Assembly (NCBI GenBank): GCA_050950765.1
Contig: JBMNIF010000002.1
Coordinates: forward strand, 160,001-224,000
From: Bdellovibrionota bacterium
GTDB taxonomy: Bacteria; Bdellovibrionota_C; UBA2361; JAAYZI01
DNA: 64,000 nt
Reading direction: 5' to 3'
The translations under genes and the position numbers were made by a program. Below, in pieces: positions 39,087-48,895 of the stretch. The notes under the pieces are model-generated. The model searched no databases and was not told the origin of the DNA. It saw only the letters and a program-made list of their open reading frames with translations. How positions within the stretch are numbered: position 1 is the first letter of the stretch; every line of letters begins with the position of its first letter.

Positions 39087-39623
39087 ATGAAGAGATATTT
39101 TCCATCAATTAAAACCTTACTTTTAGTCTTAAGCACAGTTTGCTTTTTAGCAGCCTGTTCTTCAACAGATAGTGGTAAAGCCACAGATGAGTTCGGGAAT
39201 CCGCTCTCAGAATCAAATCTTAATGCAGAGCGTGAAGGACGTTATGCAGGTGGCGCTATTCCATTAGCTGAAGATGGTGGCATGTTCAGAGATATAAATT
39301 TCGGATATGACTCCTCAGCCATTGATGATTTAGGACGTCAAAATCTTGAGCAAAACGTTCAAGTATTGCAATCAAATCCTAATATTCGGGTGCAGCTTGA
39401 AGGTCATTGCGATGAGCGTGGGACAGCAGAATACAATTTAGCTTTAGGCTCTCGCCGTGCGCAAGCAGTTTATGACCTTTTAATTTCTTACGGAATTCCT
39501 GCTTCCAGACTTGAAACCATCAGTTACGGTGAAGAAGTTCCGTTAGATCCTGCCTCTAACGAAATGGCATGGGCAAGAAACAGACGTGTCCATTTCTCAG
39601 CATTTACAACACCCCAAAGGTAG
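39087..39623 (+). CDS. pal: peptidoglycan-associated lipoprotein
   Basis: Lipobox LAAC; EGHCDERGTAEYNLALGSRRA, ISYGEE and NRR motifs. Confidence 0.95.
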   Translation: MKRYFPSIKTLLLVLSTVCFLAACSSTDSGKATDEFGNPLSESNLNAEREGRYAGGAIPLAEDGGMFRDINFGYDSSAIDDLGRQNLEQNVQVLQSNPNIRVQLEGHCDERGTAEYNLALGSRRAQAVYDLLISYGIPASRLETISYGEEVPLDPASNEMAWARNRRVHFSAFTTPQR

Positions 39624-39631
39624 TTGCTAAC

Positions 39632-39663
39632 AGTATGGCTGGTGCGCTAGCACCAGCCATACT
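39632..39663. terminator. hairpin terminator after pal
   Basis: AGTATGGCTGGTGC-GCTA-GCACCAGCCATACT perfect 14-bp stem between convergent genes. Confidence 0.85.
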
Positions 39664-39686
39664 AACTCCAGATCAATCTCCCCCCC

Positions 39687-40424
39687 CTACAAATATAAAT
39701 TCCCTACTGGCCACGTCTCGACTGAATCAATTAGGTAGATATGCTCATTGTAAAATTGATGTAATGAAAAGTTTGCCATGCGGGGGCAGCGTGGAGGGAG
39801 ACCGTGCTGCGTTACATTCACAACAGAAAGTTGCTTAACCCTTAAACGATAAAAGGTTGCAGTGCTTGCTTTCTTACGGGGCAATTTATCCTTAAGATCT
39901 TTTAAAACTTTATTATCATCACTCCATAAACAAACACTTTTCACAAAACGGTTTATCCCTCTAATCTTTTCCAGCGAAGTCGACTGAAACGAAAGGTCTC
40001 CCCCACTCATACTATTTACAAGTAAACGGTACTCATCAAAAGTAATTGCACCCCCCACAAAATCACAACCCCCTCTACTAAATTTTCCTTGCGGGAGGAA
40101 CATAAGATCAAGATCGAAGGAGTCACTACTTAGAACTGCATGATGCTCGTAAGATCCATCTTTATGGAGATATTCCGTAAAATCTTCAGATAAGTGCGTC
40201 GCTGTTTTAGGAGAAGAAAAAGAAGATATAAAAACACCGAGCGCAACAAGCGCAAGTCCTACAACGGAAACGATATAAACTTGATAGAGCGTCCCTGAAG
40301 TGGCTGCCGAACTATTCCTTCTTAACCGTATTGAATCACTTGAGGGTGTAAGCTTTTCCTCTATACAGGCGGGACATAAGCGCGTCGCACTTCCTCGCTT
40401 AGACCCGCAATTATAACATCCCAT
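39687..40424 (-). CDS. hypothetical membrane-anchored protein with an N-terminal CxxC...CxxC zinc ribbon
   Basis: CYNC...CPAC followed by one TM helix; AAGGAAG RBS. Confidence 0.7.
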   Translation of the reverse strand: MGCYNCGSKRGSATRLCPACIEEKLTPSSDSIRLRRNSSAATSGTLYQVYIVSVVGLALVALGVFISSFSSPKTATHLSEDFTEYLHKDGSYEHHAVLSSDSFDLDLMFLPQGKFSRGGCDFVGGAITFDEYRLLVNSMSGGDLSFQSTSLEKIRGINRFVKSVCLWSDDNKVLKDLKDKLPRKKASTATFYRLRVKQLSVVNVTQHGLPPRCPRMANFSLHQFYNEHIYLIDSVETWPVGNLYL

Positions 40425-40511
40425 CTGTTCTTCCTTTAATAACCGTACCTACACCGTTAAGAGAAAAATTTTTCGCTCCCCTTCTCTTACTCCTAAACAC
40501 TTCTAAGCACA

Positions 40512-41669
40512 TTAAACGATCTCTATCTCTTCTAACGGCAAGGTGAATAAAAACTTCGTGCCCTTAGCGATCTGACTACTTACTGTAATAGTTCCGTAAT
40601 GCAGCTCCACAATCTGTTTTACAACAGATAAGCCGATACCCGTGCCTTCACATTTTTTTTCAGCATCTTGTCCTCTTCTAAACATAACGAAGAGGTCGTT
40701 TAATTCCTCTTTCGGAATTCCTGGCCCGTTATCCTCAACATAGAACTCACAGAAATGCCCCAAGCTACGCAGCAACGCTTCCCCTTGCCCGATATTAATT
40801 ACAATGGTCTCTTTATCATTATATTTAACAGCATTATTGATTAAATTAATAAAAACCTTACGCAAAAGTGGCGCATTACCCCAGACCTGTGACAAGTTTG
40901 AAATATTGATCTGTATATCTAGATCAGATTGGAAATTAAGATCTTGTACTACTTCATCAACAAGCTGCCCTAAATCAAGCATCTCCATCTTGGCAGCCTT
41001 AGCACCGATCTTGGCAAACTCATACATCGATTGCACAACACTAAGTAATCGTTTTGAAGCTTCAAAAGTGCTTGTTAATAACTTGGCAAGCCTCTCATCA
41101 ACATCATCTTTATAAACGTCACAGATATACTCCAACTTCATATTAATACCGCCGAGAGGGCCGCGAATGTCGTGCGCTACCGTTCCGCTAAAATCATCAA
41201 GACGTTTATTTTGATCGGAAAGTAAACAATTAGCCTCCGTCAATTTTGCTATCAATTTAGCATTTTCTCTTTCAAGTCTACGAATCCGTAAAAGATGACG
41301 CACAGCCGGAGCAAGCTCATCCAGCCAACGACCTTCTTTTACAATACAACGGTGACACCCTGCATTATAAACAGTAGCTAAAACATACGGATCAACAGAG
41401 CGTGAAGTGACTAAAACAGAAGGCTCTGTATCCTTTAATTTCATCTCTACAAGAAGTTCAACACCACTAATAGATCTTAAAGTTTGTTCTAAAATGACAA
41501 CATCGTAATCTGTGATATCAACGGCTTTTCTAAAATCGACAAGGGAGCGCACCGCTTCAACATCAGCAAACGGCAGCTGCTTAGTTAAAACCGCCTGACT
41601 TTGAACAATCTCATCTCCATCATCAAAGATTAAGATCTTAGGTCGTTCTATCTGTTCCTGCGCTTCCAT
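40512..41669 (-). CDS. receiver-domain / histidine kinase hybrid
   Basis: REC-like N-terminus (ILIFDD), HisKA VAHDIRGPL, HATPase NLINNAVKY, VEDNGPGI and GTGIGL. Confidence 0.9.
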   Translation of the reverse strand: MEAQEQIERPKILIFDDGDEIVQSQAVLTKQLPFADVEAVRSLVDFRKAVDITDYDVVILEQTLRSISGVELLVEMKLKDTEPSVLVTSRSVDPYVLATVYNAGCHRCIVKEGRWLDELAPAVRHLLRIRRLERENAKLIAKLTEANCLLSDQNKRLDDFSGTVAHDIRGPLGGINMKLEYICDVYKDDVDERLAKLLTSTFEASKRLLSVVQSMYEFAKIGAKAAKMEMLDLGQLVDEVVQDLNFQSDLDIQINISNLSQVWGNAPLLRKVFINLINNAVKYNDKETIVINIGQGEALLRSLGHFCEFYVEDNGPGIPKEELNDLFVMFRRGQDAEKKCEGTGIGLSVVKQIVELHYGTITVSSQIAKGTKFLFTLPLEEIEIV

Positions 41670-41697
41670 TTTTTGATTTTTTTATCTTATGCTGTTT

Positions 41698-42450
41698 TTA
41701 TCTCATGGCATTGCGCAGATAGTTCTTCAAACGAATCAAAGCTCTGGATCTAATCTGTGAAGCTCTTGATTCCGTAACCCCTAAAATTTCTCCGATCTCT
41801 TTGAGGTTTAATTCTTCATAGAAATATAAGCTGATAACCAGCCTCTCCTTTTCCGGCAACCTATCAAGCGCTCTGGCAATCAAACTGACTTTTTCACTAC
41901 TTAAGAGATTTTTTAACGGATCTTGCGACGTTGAGGCTAATGTTTCATGCGCTTTAAACCGTTCTTCACCGTGACCAAACCCCAACTCTTCAAAACTCAA
42001 CATCACGATAGAACCAACTTCACCAAGCAATTTGCGCAACTCTTCGAGCTCCATACCGAGCTCTTCCGCCACCTCATCATCCGTAGCGGGGCGACCTAGC
42101 TTCTGTTCGATCACTTGATAAGCCTCTTCTAACTTATGCGATTTAAAGCGCAAAGAGCGTGGCATCCAATCTTGAGAGCGAAAACTGTCCAAAATTGCAC
42201 CACGTATGCGAAATTGTGCATAGGTAGAGAAGTTAGTTTCATGCTTCGGATCGTACTTCTGCAGAGCATCCACCAAGCCGATAATGCCTGAATTTAGCAT
42301 CTCTTTTAGATCAATATCCTTCGGCAACCGTCCTGACAGACGATGAACAACCTTTCTAACAAGAGGTAAATAACTTTTGATGAGATCTTCTTTCTCATGA
42401 TCGTCAATACTCTTGTATGCTTCAACCGCACTGCGTTTAATTTTGCCCAC
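41698..42450 (-). CDS. fliA: RNA polymerase sigma-28 factor
   Basis: YLPLVRKV, GIIGLVDA, FSTYAQFRIRGAILD, DWMPRS and LNLKEIGEILGVTESRASQI; located in the flagellar cluster. Confidence 0.95.
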   Translation of the reverse strand: MGKIKRSAVEAYKSIDDHEKEDLIKSYLPLVRKVVHRLSGRLPKDIDLKEMLNSGIIGLVDALQKYDPKHETNFSTYAQFRIRGAILDSFRSQDWMPRSLRFKSHKLEEAYQVIEQKLGRPATDDEVAEELGMELEELRKLLGEVGSIVMLSFEELGFGHGEERFKAHETLASTSQDPLKNLLSSEKVSLIARALDRLPEKERLVISLYFYEELNLKEIGEILGVTESRASQIRSRALIRLKNYLRNAMR

Positions 42451-42703
42451 TCTCCATCTCCTCGTAAACTGTCAAAACTTTGGTTGCAATCCACTGGAAG
42501 ATGCGTACTACAACGTACACAATCAATGAATCAAACGTGATATATAAAATCTGATATTCCATGGCAGCTTCGGTACTTAAGACACAAACTGTTATCACAA
42601 GAAAAGAAAGTACTATCAGCGCTGCCGCCAACTTATTGACGTAAATCTCAGCTAAGTTTTTCTTTTTTATCACGCTCGTTCTAACAGCCATATTCCGCCG
42701 CAT
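42437..42703 (-). CDS. small two-TM hypothetical protein between flhG and fliA
   Basis: 88 aa, two hydrophobic segments, overlaps both neighbours. Confidence 0.6.
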   Translation of the reverse strand: MRRNMAVRTSVIKKKNLAEIYVNKLAAALIVLSFLVITVCVLSTEAAMEYQILYITFDSLIVYVVVRIFQWIATKVLTVYEEMESGQN

Positions 42704-43553
42704 CCATTAATTCTCTAAAGAAGAATTGCATTCCTCCTTTGACTCGTCTGGTATAAAAATCCAGATCCAACTTCTCCGCTACCTTTACAAACCCCATTGA
42801 AGCTTGACTACTTGGAAAAAGATCCAACAAAGCACGTTGTTCTGAAATAGCAGTCGGAATAGCAGAATCCGTCAATACAGCTCCGAGATAACACAACTTT
42901 ACATGCAAGAATCGTTCAACAGCTCTAGCAAGACGCAAATAAGCACCTTTTCCAACGCTTTCGCTCTGTACATTATTTGCCACAATTGAGATCTCTTTCT
43001 CCCCGTACTCCTGTGCCAAGACCTTTATCAAGGCATAAGCATCCGTTAATGAAGTCGGTTCAGCCGTGATCACACAGATAATTTCAGAAGCAGCGCTATT
43101 AAAATACATTACGTCGGGACCAATACCGGCTTGCGTATCAACAAGTAAGTAATCAAAGCAGGCGGTTGCTTCTTCAATCCTATCTATTAGTAATAAACGT
43201 TGTTCTGGTGTAAGTCCGGCTGCTAAAGGAGTCCCGCTGGTCGCTGGTATAATAACGATCCCATCTGGGCCATCAAGCATAGTATCTTCGAGAGTAAGCC
43301 GCCCATCTACAACATCTTGTAATGTTGCTTTAGGTTTAAGCCCTAACATCACGTTGATATTAGCTAAACTCAGATCAGCATCTAAGATAGCAACGCTCCG
43401 TCCCATCCGTGCCAAAGCTAAACCGCAATTAACACTGATATGAGTTTTACCGACACCACCTTTGCCACTAGTAATGCTAACAACACGTGTTACGCCTTGT
43501 TTGTGTCTCTGGTCTTTTTTTATGTTTAAGCTCGTTCCGTACATATAAAACAC
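42681..43553 (-). CDS. flhG: MinD-like flagellar number regulator FlhG/FleN
   Basis: ITSGKGGVGKT, LDADLSLAN and EPTSLTDAYALIK motifs; between flhA and fliA. Confidence 0.92.
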   Translation of the reverse strand: MFYMYGTSLNIKKDQRHKQGVTRVVSITSGKGGVGKTHISVNCGLALARMGRSVAILDADLSLANINVMLGLKPKATLQDVVDGRLTLEDTMLDGPDGIVIIPATSGTPLAAGLTPEQRLLLIDRIEEATACFDYLLVDTQAGIGPDVMYFNSAASEIICVITAEPTSLTDAYALIKVLAQEYGEKEISIVANNVQSESVGKGAYLRLARAVERFLHVKLCYLGAVLTDSAIPTAISEQRALLDLFPSSQASMGFVKVAEKLDLDFYTRRVKGGMQFFFRELMDAAEYGC

Positions 43554-43685
43554 CCAAAAGTTTAGATTACATAAGAGCTAATAAGTTCCATAAAATTTTC
43601 ACTTATTAGAGATAAAATTTTTAAAAATCACTTTTTCTTTAGCGCCACCTCTCTCAACTCTTCAAAATCACTCTAAAAAACCTTA

Positions 43686-45779
43686 TTATTGCGCTTCCAG
43701 CGCCAACACTCCCATTGACTTAACCTTTGTCCCTGCAGCTATCTCTTGATGACTAATAACCGCATAACCAGGAACAAATCGATCAACAAAATTAAACAAA
43801 GCCGCACGCAAATTTGCCGACACAAGTAGTAGCGGTGTTTGCCCCAACTCTGAAAAACGCTCCATCATCTTATTTAACTTTGAAATCAGAACTTGTGCGC
43901 GTGCTGGATCTAAGGCTAAAAATGAACCTTCATCACTCTGCTGCAAATTATCATTCAGGTACCGTTCAACACTGGGATTAAGACTAGCTAGAGGTAGCAC
44001 CCCCTCGTCACTAACGTATTTAGCTGTAATGGAACGCGCTAAACGGCGTCTTACTAACTCCGCCAAACGCTCCGGTTGTTTTATGGTCGGTGCCCAATCA
44101 GCCAAAGTTTCTAAAATAGTTCTTAAATCTTTGATACTGATCTGTTCACGTAATAAACGGCATAAAACGTGTTGTACCTGCCCGAGTGTCATCAAGTTAG
44201 GAATAAGCTCTTCAATAACTTTCGGGAATTGTCCGCCTAAAGTATCTAACAGGTGTTGCACCTCCTGCCGCCCTAACAGTTCGTGCATATTATTTTTGAT
44301 TAATTCTGTAACGTGCGTGGTAACTATCGTTGAAGGATCAACTACCGTATAACCAGAAAATTGAGCACGCTCTTTTTCAGATTCATGAATCCACAACGCA
44401 TCCAACCCAAAAGCAGGCTCCTTAGTTGGAATACCTTGAATCGGTGCCGTAACACTACCTGGATCCATAGCTAAAAGATAATGCGGCTTTAATTCACCTT
44501 CTCCGATAGCAGCACCTTTTAACATAAAGCGATATTCACTCGGTGAAAGTCTGACATTATCTCTGATATGAATAGCTGGTAAAATAAAGCCGTAATCCAA
44601 AGCAAATTGCCGCCTGATAGAACGAATTCTATCAACCAATCCGCCCGTTTCAACTAATGAAACCAACTCATAACCGACCTCTAATTCTAAAGTGTCAACA
44701 CCAAGTAGTCCGCTCACCTCTTCAGTGCTACCTGGTTTCGGTGTATTATCTGCTTCCTGAGCTCTTTCAAGCTCCTGCATCTTCTTATCTGTTACCGCTT
44801 TTACTTCAGCACGTCGTCTGAAAAGCGCTATCGCACCCGTAGCAGCACTTAAAGTAATAAAGGGCAGGAACGGCAAGCCTGGTACGATCGCCAAACCGGC
44901 ACATGTTGCTGCTGCAATCCAAAGTGGTCTAGAAGATGATGTTAATTGAGAGATCACTTCAGTACCAAGGTCATCTCCACTTGAAGCAGCACGTGCTACA
45001 ATCATACCGGCTGCAGTAGAAACAACGATTGAAGGGATCTGCGCCACTAAACCATCACCGATAGTGAGCAAGGTGTATGTTTCTGCGGCGATCTTCCAAT
45101 CCATTCCTTTAAAAACGATACCGATTATCAAACCACCAACGATATTGATTCCTGTTAAGATCAACCCCGCTATGGCATCACCGGAAACGAATTTAGCAGC
45201 ACCATCCATTGATCCGTAAAACTCCGATTCCATCTGTAATTCTTTGCGCTTCTGCTTAGCTTCTGCTTCGTTAATAAGCCCTGCATTTAAATCGGAATCT
45301 ATCGCCATCTGTTTTCCTGGCATCGCATCCAAAGTGAATCTAGCAGCGACCTCTGCAATACGGGTAGCACCTTTTGTAATAACTTTTAAATTAACGATAT
45401 TAATTGCGATGAATACAACGATACCGACTACAAAACTTCCACCGACTACGAAATTCGCAAAGGCTTGAATAACAGTACCAGCTGCCGCCGTTCCCGTATC
45501 TCCGTAGAGTAAGATCAATCTCGTAGTGGCAACGTTCATACCCAATCGGAAAAGGGTTGTAACCAATAAGATGGCAGGAAATGAAGAGAACTCTGAAACT
45601 CTATTTTTAAAAAGGGCGGCAAACAAGATAACCAGAGAGATCGTTAAGTTTAAGGCGATACAGATATCTAATAACGGTGTCGGAACAGGTAGCAATAAGA
45701 TAGTCAAGATAAAGACTATTAAGATAGGAACAGATGCGCTAACCCAAAAATTACCTTTTGTTTTAATCTTAACAGCCAT
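43686..45779 (-). CDS. flhA: flagellar export apparatus protein FlhA
   Basis: RIAEVAARFTLDAMPGKQMAIDSDLNAG, FYGSMDGAAKFV, LTIGDGLVAQIP and IHIRDN motifs. Confidence 0.97.
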   Translation of the reverse strand: MAVKIKTKGNFWVSASVPILIVFILTILLLPVPTPLLDICIALNLTISLVILFAALFKNRVSEFSSFPAILLVTTLFRLGMNVATTRLILLYGDTGTAAAGTVIQAFANFVVGGSFVVGIVVFIAINIVNLKVITKGATRIAEVAARFTLDAMPGKQMAIDSDLNAGLINEAEAKQKRKELQMESEFYGSMDGAAKFVSGDAIAGLILTGINIVGGLIIGIVFKGMDWKIAAETYTLLTIGDGLVAQIPSIVVSTAAGMIVARAASSGDDLGTEVISQLTSSSRPLWIAAATCAGLAIVPGLPFLPFITLSAATGAIALFRRRAEVKAVTDKKMQELERAQEADNTPKPGSTEEVSGLLGVDTLELEVGYELVSLVETGGLVDRIRSIRRQFALDYGFILPAIHIRDNVRLSPSEYRFMLKGAAIGEGELKPHYLLAMDPGSVTAPIQGIPTKEPAFGLDALWIHESEKERAQFSGYTVVDPSTIVTTHVTELIKNNMHELLGRQEVQHLLDTLGGQFPKVIEELIPNLMTLGQVQHVLCRLLREQISIKDLRTILETLADWAPTIKQPERLAELVRRRLARSITAKYVSDEGVLPLASLNPSVERYLNDNLQQSDEGSFLALDPARAQVLISKLNKMMERFSELGQTPLLLVSANLRAALFNFVDRFVPGYAVISHQEIAAGTKVKSMGVLALEAQ

Positions 45780-45817
45780 CAAAACCTCTTAAAAAATCAA
45801 CACCATCCCAAAACACT

Positions 45818-46918
45818 TTAACGTCCCTGCCCCTGTTGCAGATAACGATACGGATTGCGCAACTTGTAAACATAAGCCAGAACTTCTGCTACCGCCTTAA
45901 AGAGTTCGTGTGGAATTTCACGCCCCACCTCAACAGAAGCGTATAAAGCACGCGCTAGCGGTTTCCTCTCTAAAACAGGAACTCCTGCTTTTCGCGCTAG
46001 CTCTCTTATCCTTAACGCCATAAAGCCACGTCCTTTGGCAACTACCGTCGGTGCACGCATAACGGCGCGATCGTATTTCAGTGCTACTGCATAATGAGTC
46101 GGGTTCGTCACAACGACATCAGCTTGCGGTACACTTCGCGCAATACGATTCATAATTCTTTGCAAGCCTTTCCTACGCATCAACTGTTTTGTGCGCTCAT
46201 CACCCTCTACTGATTTACGCTCATCTTTAACTTCATCTTTTGTCATACGGTTTTTTTTGAGCCACTGTCTTTTTGTCCAGACAAAATCCCAAACAGCCAG
46301 TACGATCATGACGTACAGCACTTTCCAGAAGATATCTGACATGGCAGTGCCGATAAATTTTAGAACTGCGCTGACACTAAGATGAATCAATGCCACCATA
46401 TCGGGAGCGTATGAAACTAAAGCGTAATATCCGATAGGCAAAATGATAGCGATCTTTAAAACTCCAGTTAAAACATTCATCATAGAGGTAGCAGAAAAGA
46501 TCCTTTTTATGCCGTTAATCGGATTCAGATACAGCATCTTAAATTTTATTAAGCCCTCTTTGACGTTAAATTTCGTTTGAATTAAAACGGCAAAACTCGC
46601 TACAAAAGCTACTGCTAAAAAAAGTATAAGGAGGATCCAACCTATCTCCTTAATTATCATTGAAAGAATTTGTATTATCCCCTGCACTTCAAGAGCTTCA
46701 GAAGTCATAGAGATCATACCGTAGACTCGGATTATAATATTTTGAAAACCGGCGAAGAGGTTGCCACACAACATAGCCAAGATCCAAAACCCCACAAAGA
46801 GAGAGCTAACCTTTGCAACCTCTTGTGAAACGTGGATCGCCCCTTCCTTACGTAATTCTTCGATACGCTTACTGGTAGGGTCTTCAGTTTTTTCTGCGTC
46901 GTCTCTATCTCCTGCCAT
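45818..46918 (-). CDS. flhB: flagellar export switch protein FlhB
   Basis: EKTEDPT N-terminus, MTKDEVKDE, autocleavage NPTH and VAEVLAYVY motifs. Confidence 0.96.
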   Translation of the reverse strand: MAGDRDDAEKTEDPTSKRIEELRKEGAIHVSQEVAKVSSLFVGFWILAMLCGNLFAGFQNIIIRVYGMISMTSEALEVQGIIQILSMIIKEIGWILLILFLAVAFVASFAVLIQTKFNVKEGLIKFKMLYLNPINGIKRIFSATSMMNVLTGVLKIAIILPIGYYALVSYAPDMVALIHLSVSAVLKFIGTAMSDIFWKVLYVMIVLAVWDFVWTKRQWLKKNRMTKDEVKDERKSVEGDERTKQLMRRKGLQRIMNRIARSVPQADVVVTNPTHYAVALKYDRAVMRAPTVVAKGRGFMALRIRELARKAGVPVLERKPLARALYASVEVGREIPHELFKAVAEVLAYVYKLRNPYRYLQQGQGR

Positions 46919-47012
46919 TTCCGAGAAGCTCTAGTAATAATCTCTAAACAAGCCGTTTAGTAATTTAAACGACTATCAAAAAAGGGATCCTTCCCCTTCG
47001 CTTAAAGGTTGA

Positions 47013-47028
47013 AGCAAAAGTCAGACCA
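47013..47028 (-). promoter_or_regulatory. sigma54 promoter of the flhB operon
   Basis: Minus strand TGGTCTGACTTTTGCT (GG-N10-GC with TTGC), 95 bp upstream of flhB. Confidence 0.65.
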
Positions 47029-47112
47029 ACCCAAAAACTTCTCTTTGCATTGATAACATCTTGGAATAACTAGCTAATTCTAGGCAGTAGAAATGACTAC
47101 TAAGGGCGATCA

Positions 47113-47130
47113 GTGTCAAAAAGTAGACAC
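47113..47130. promoter_or_regulatory. candidate enhancer (UAS) for a sigma54 activator
   Basis: GTGTC-AAAAAGTA-GACAC palindrome 85 bp upstream of the -24 box; IHF-like TAACATCTTGGAA at 47054-47066 lies between them. Confidence 0.4.
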
Positions 47131-47776
47131 CTTTAAATCTTCTCACTTCTTTTATAAAAATTAAGAGAGGTTAACGGCGTAACGAACGCCGTATTACAAA
47201 GTGCATTAAGGATACTTCTATTTTTCCTTGTAGCCATATTTTAAGAGTTGAAATAATAAATTGTTTGCGAAGCAACTTTAGAAACACCTTTGTTAAAAGA
47301 ACAAATACTCACGAAGCAATCTTAGAAACGGCTCTGTTAAAAGAAAAAATGCTTATGAAAGGTATTCTCACCCCTTTTTCAATCAGAATATGAACGGGGA
47401 GTATTGATCGCTTACACTTAAAACCTTATAAGCACCAAACCTAGCGCACAACGGGCACGATAAAAGTTTTTTCGTTTTCATATTTTGAGGAGTTTCAACC
47501 TCAACAATAGAAATAGAAGTTTTAGCTCTGTTAAGCGTGGTCGTAGATATAACCGCACGGTTCAGGTTCAGGTCAAAACCTTAATAATAGAAGCAAAAGT
47601 TTTAAGGGTATTTTTCGGACATTTTTTGTTACATAAAAAAGGATAATTCTTTACGTATAGGTTCATAAGTATTTTTCAGACATTTTTCGTTACATAAAAA
47701 AGGCTTAATTTATGTATTTTTGTTTTTTTTGCAGCAACATAATAGAATATGTGGAGTTGTATTTTTAAGGATTTTT

Positions 47777-48895
47777 ATGAATCGTTATAAACTTATCAAG
47801 GCTGATTCCAATGCCCGCTGTGGAGAATTTACCACAAAGAGCGGCTCGTTTGAAACGCCTAACTTTATGCCTGTTGCCACACGAGGATCTGTTAAAGGGG
47901 TTGATACAGATCGCTTAAAGGAGTGCGGGGCGCAAATTATGCTCGTTAATACGTATCACCTCTGGCTCCGTCCGAGTAGTGAGACTATCAACAGAGTCGG
48001 TGGAATTCACCGTTTTACAGATTGGGATGGCCCGATTTTAAGTGACAGTGGTGGATTTCAAGTTTACAGTTTAAAGGATATCCGTTCTCTTTCAGATGAG
48101 GGTGTTGAGTTCCGTTCACACCTTGACGGTTCAAAATATTTTCTCACTCCAGAAAAATCGATTCAAATTCAGGAGGAGCTAGGCGTTGATATTGCGATGG
48201 TACTAGATGAGTGTCCAGCAGGTGATATGCCCTTAGAGCAACTTTCAAAATCGTTAGACATGACACTCCGTTGGGCAAAGAGGTCTTTAGAAGCTAGGCG
48301 TAATCCACAAACTGCCATCTTTGGAATTACACAAGGTGGCGGGAATAGAGAGCTACGAACGAAAGCTGCCGCCACACTTTCTGAACTTGATTTTGACGGC
48401 ATGGCGATCGGTGGCTTAAGTGTTGGAGAGTCAAAAGAGATTATGTATGATGTTTTGAGTTATCACGTTAACCAACTTCCTCAACATAAGATTCGTTATC
48501 TCATGGGCGTTGGCACAACAGAAGATATCGTTGAAGGGGTAAGGAACGGAGTAGATCTCTTTGATTGCGTTATGCCGACGCGCGCGGGACGTTTTGGACG
48601 TGCTTATGTTAATGGAGAGAAACCGTATATTAATATGCGTAATTCCGTCCACAAATTAGATCCGAATCCCGTCGATTCGACCTGCAACTGTTTGTGTTGC
48701 AAGAAATATTCGCGTGCCTATCTACACCATCTTTTTCATGTAGGTGAGATGCTTGGACCTCAACTTTTAAGTATCCACAACCTTACGCACTACCTCTCTT
48801 TAATGAAGAGGATTAGAGAAGCCATTCAGGAACAACGCTTTGAAGACCTCTACAACGCTGAAAAAAACAGATGGCAGGGGGTCTCTAACAGATGA
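47777..48895 (+). CDS. tgt: queuine tRNA-ribosyltransferase
   Basis: TPNFMPVAT, NTYHL, DSGGFQV, AIGGLSVGE, RYLMGVG, FDCVMPTR and zinc CxCxxC...HN motifs; ATG 47777. Confidence 0.97.
   Translation: MNRYKLIKADSNARCGEFTTKSGSFETPNFMPVATRGSVKGVDTDRLKECGAQIMLVNTYHLWLRPSSETINRVGGIHRFTDWDGPILSDSGGFQVYSLKDIRSLSDEGVEFRSHLDGSKYFLTPEKSIQIQEELGVDIAMVLDECPAGDMPLEQLSKSLDMTLRWAKRSLEARRNPQTAIFGITQGGGNRELRTKAAATLSELDFDGMAIGGLSVGESKEIMYDVLSYHVNQLPQHKIRYLMGVGTTEDIVEGVRNGVDLFDCVMPTRAGRFGRAYVNGEKPYINMRNSVHKLDPNPVDSTCNCLCCKKYSRAYLHHLFHVGEMLGPQLLSIHNLTHYLSLMKRIREAIQEQRFEDLYNAEKNRWQGVSNR

Noticed and set aside
43576..43590. sigma54-like TGGAACTTATTAGCT upstream of flhG
   Set aside because: GG-GC spacing is 9, not the required 10.
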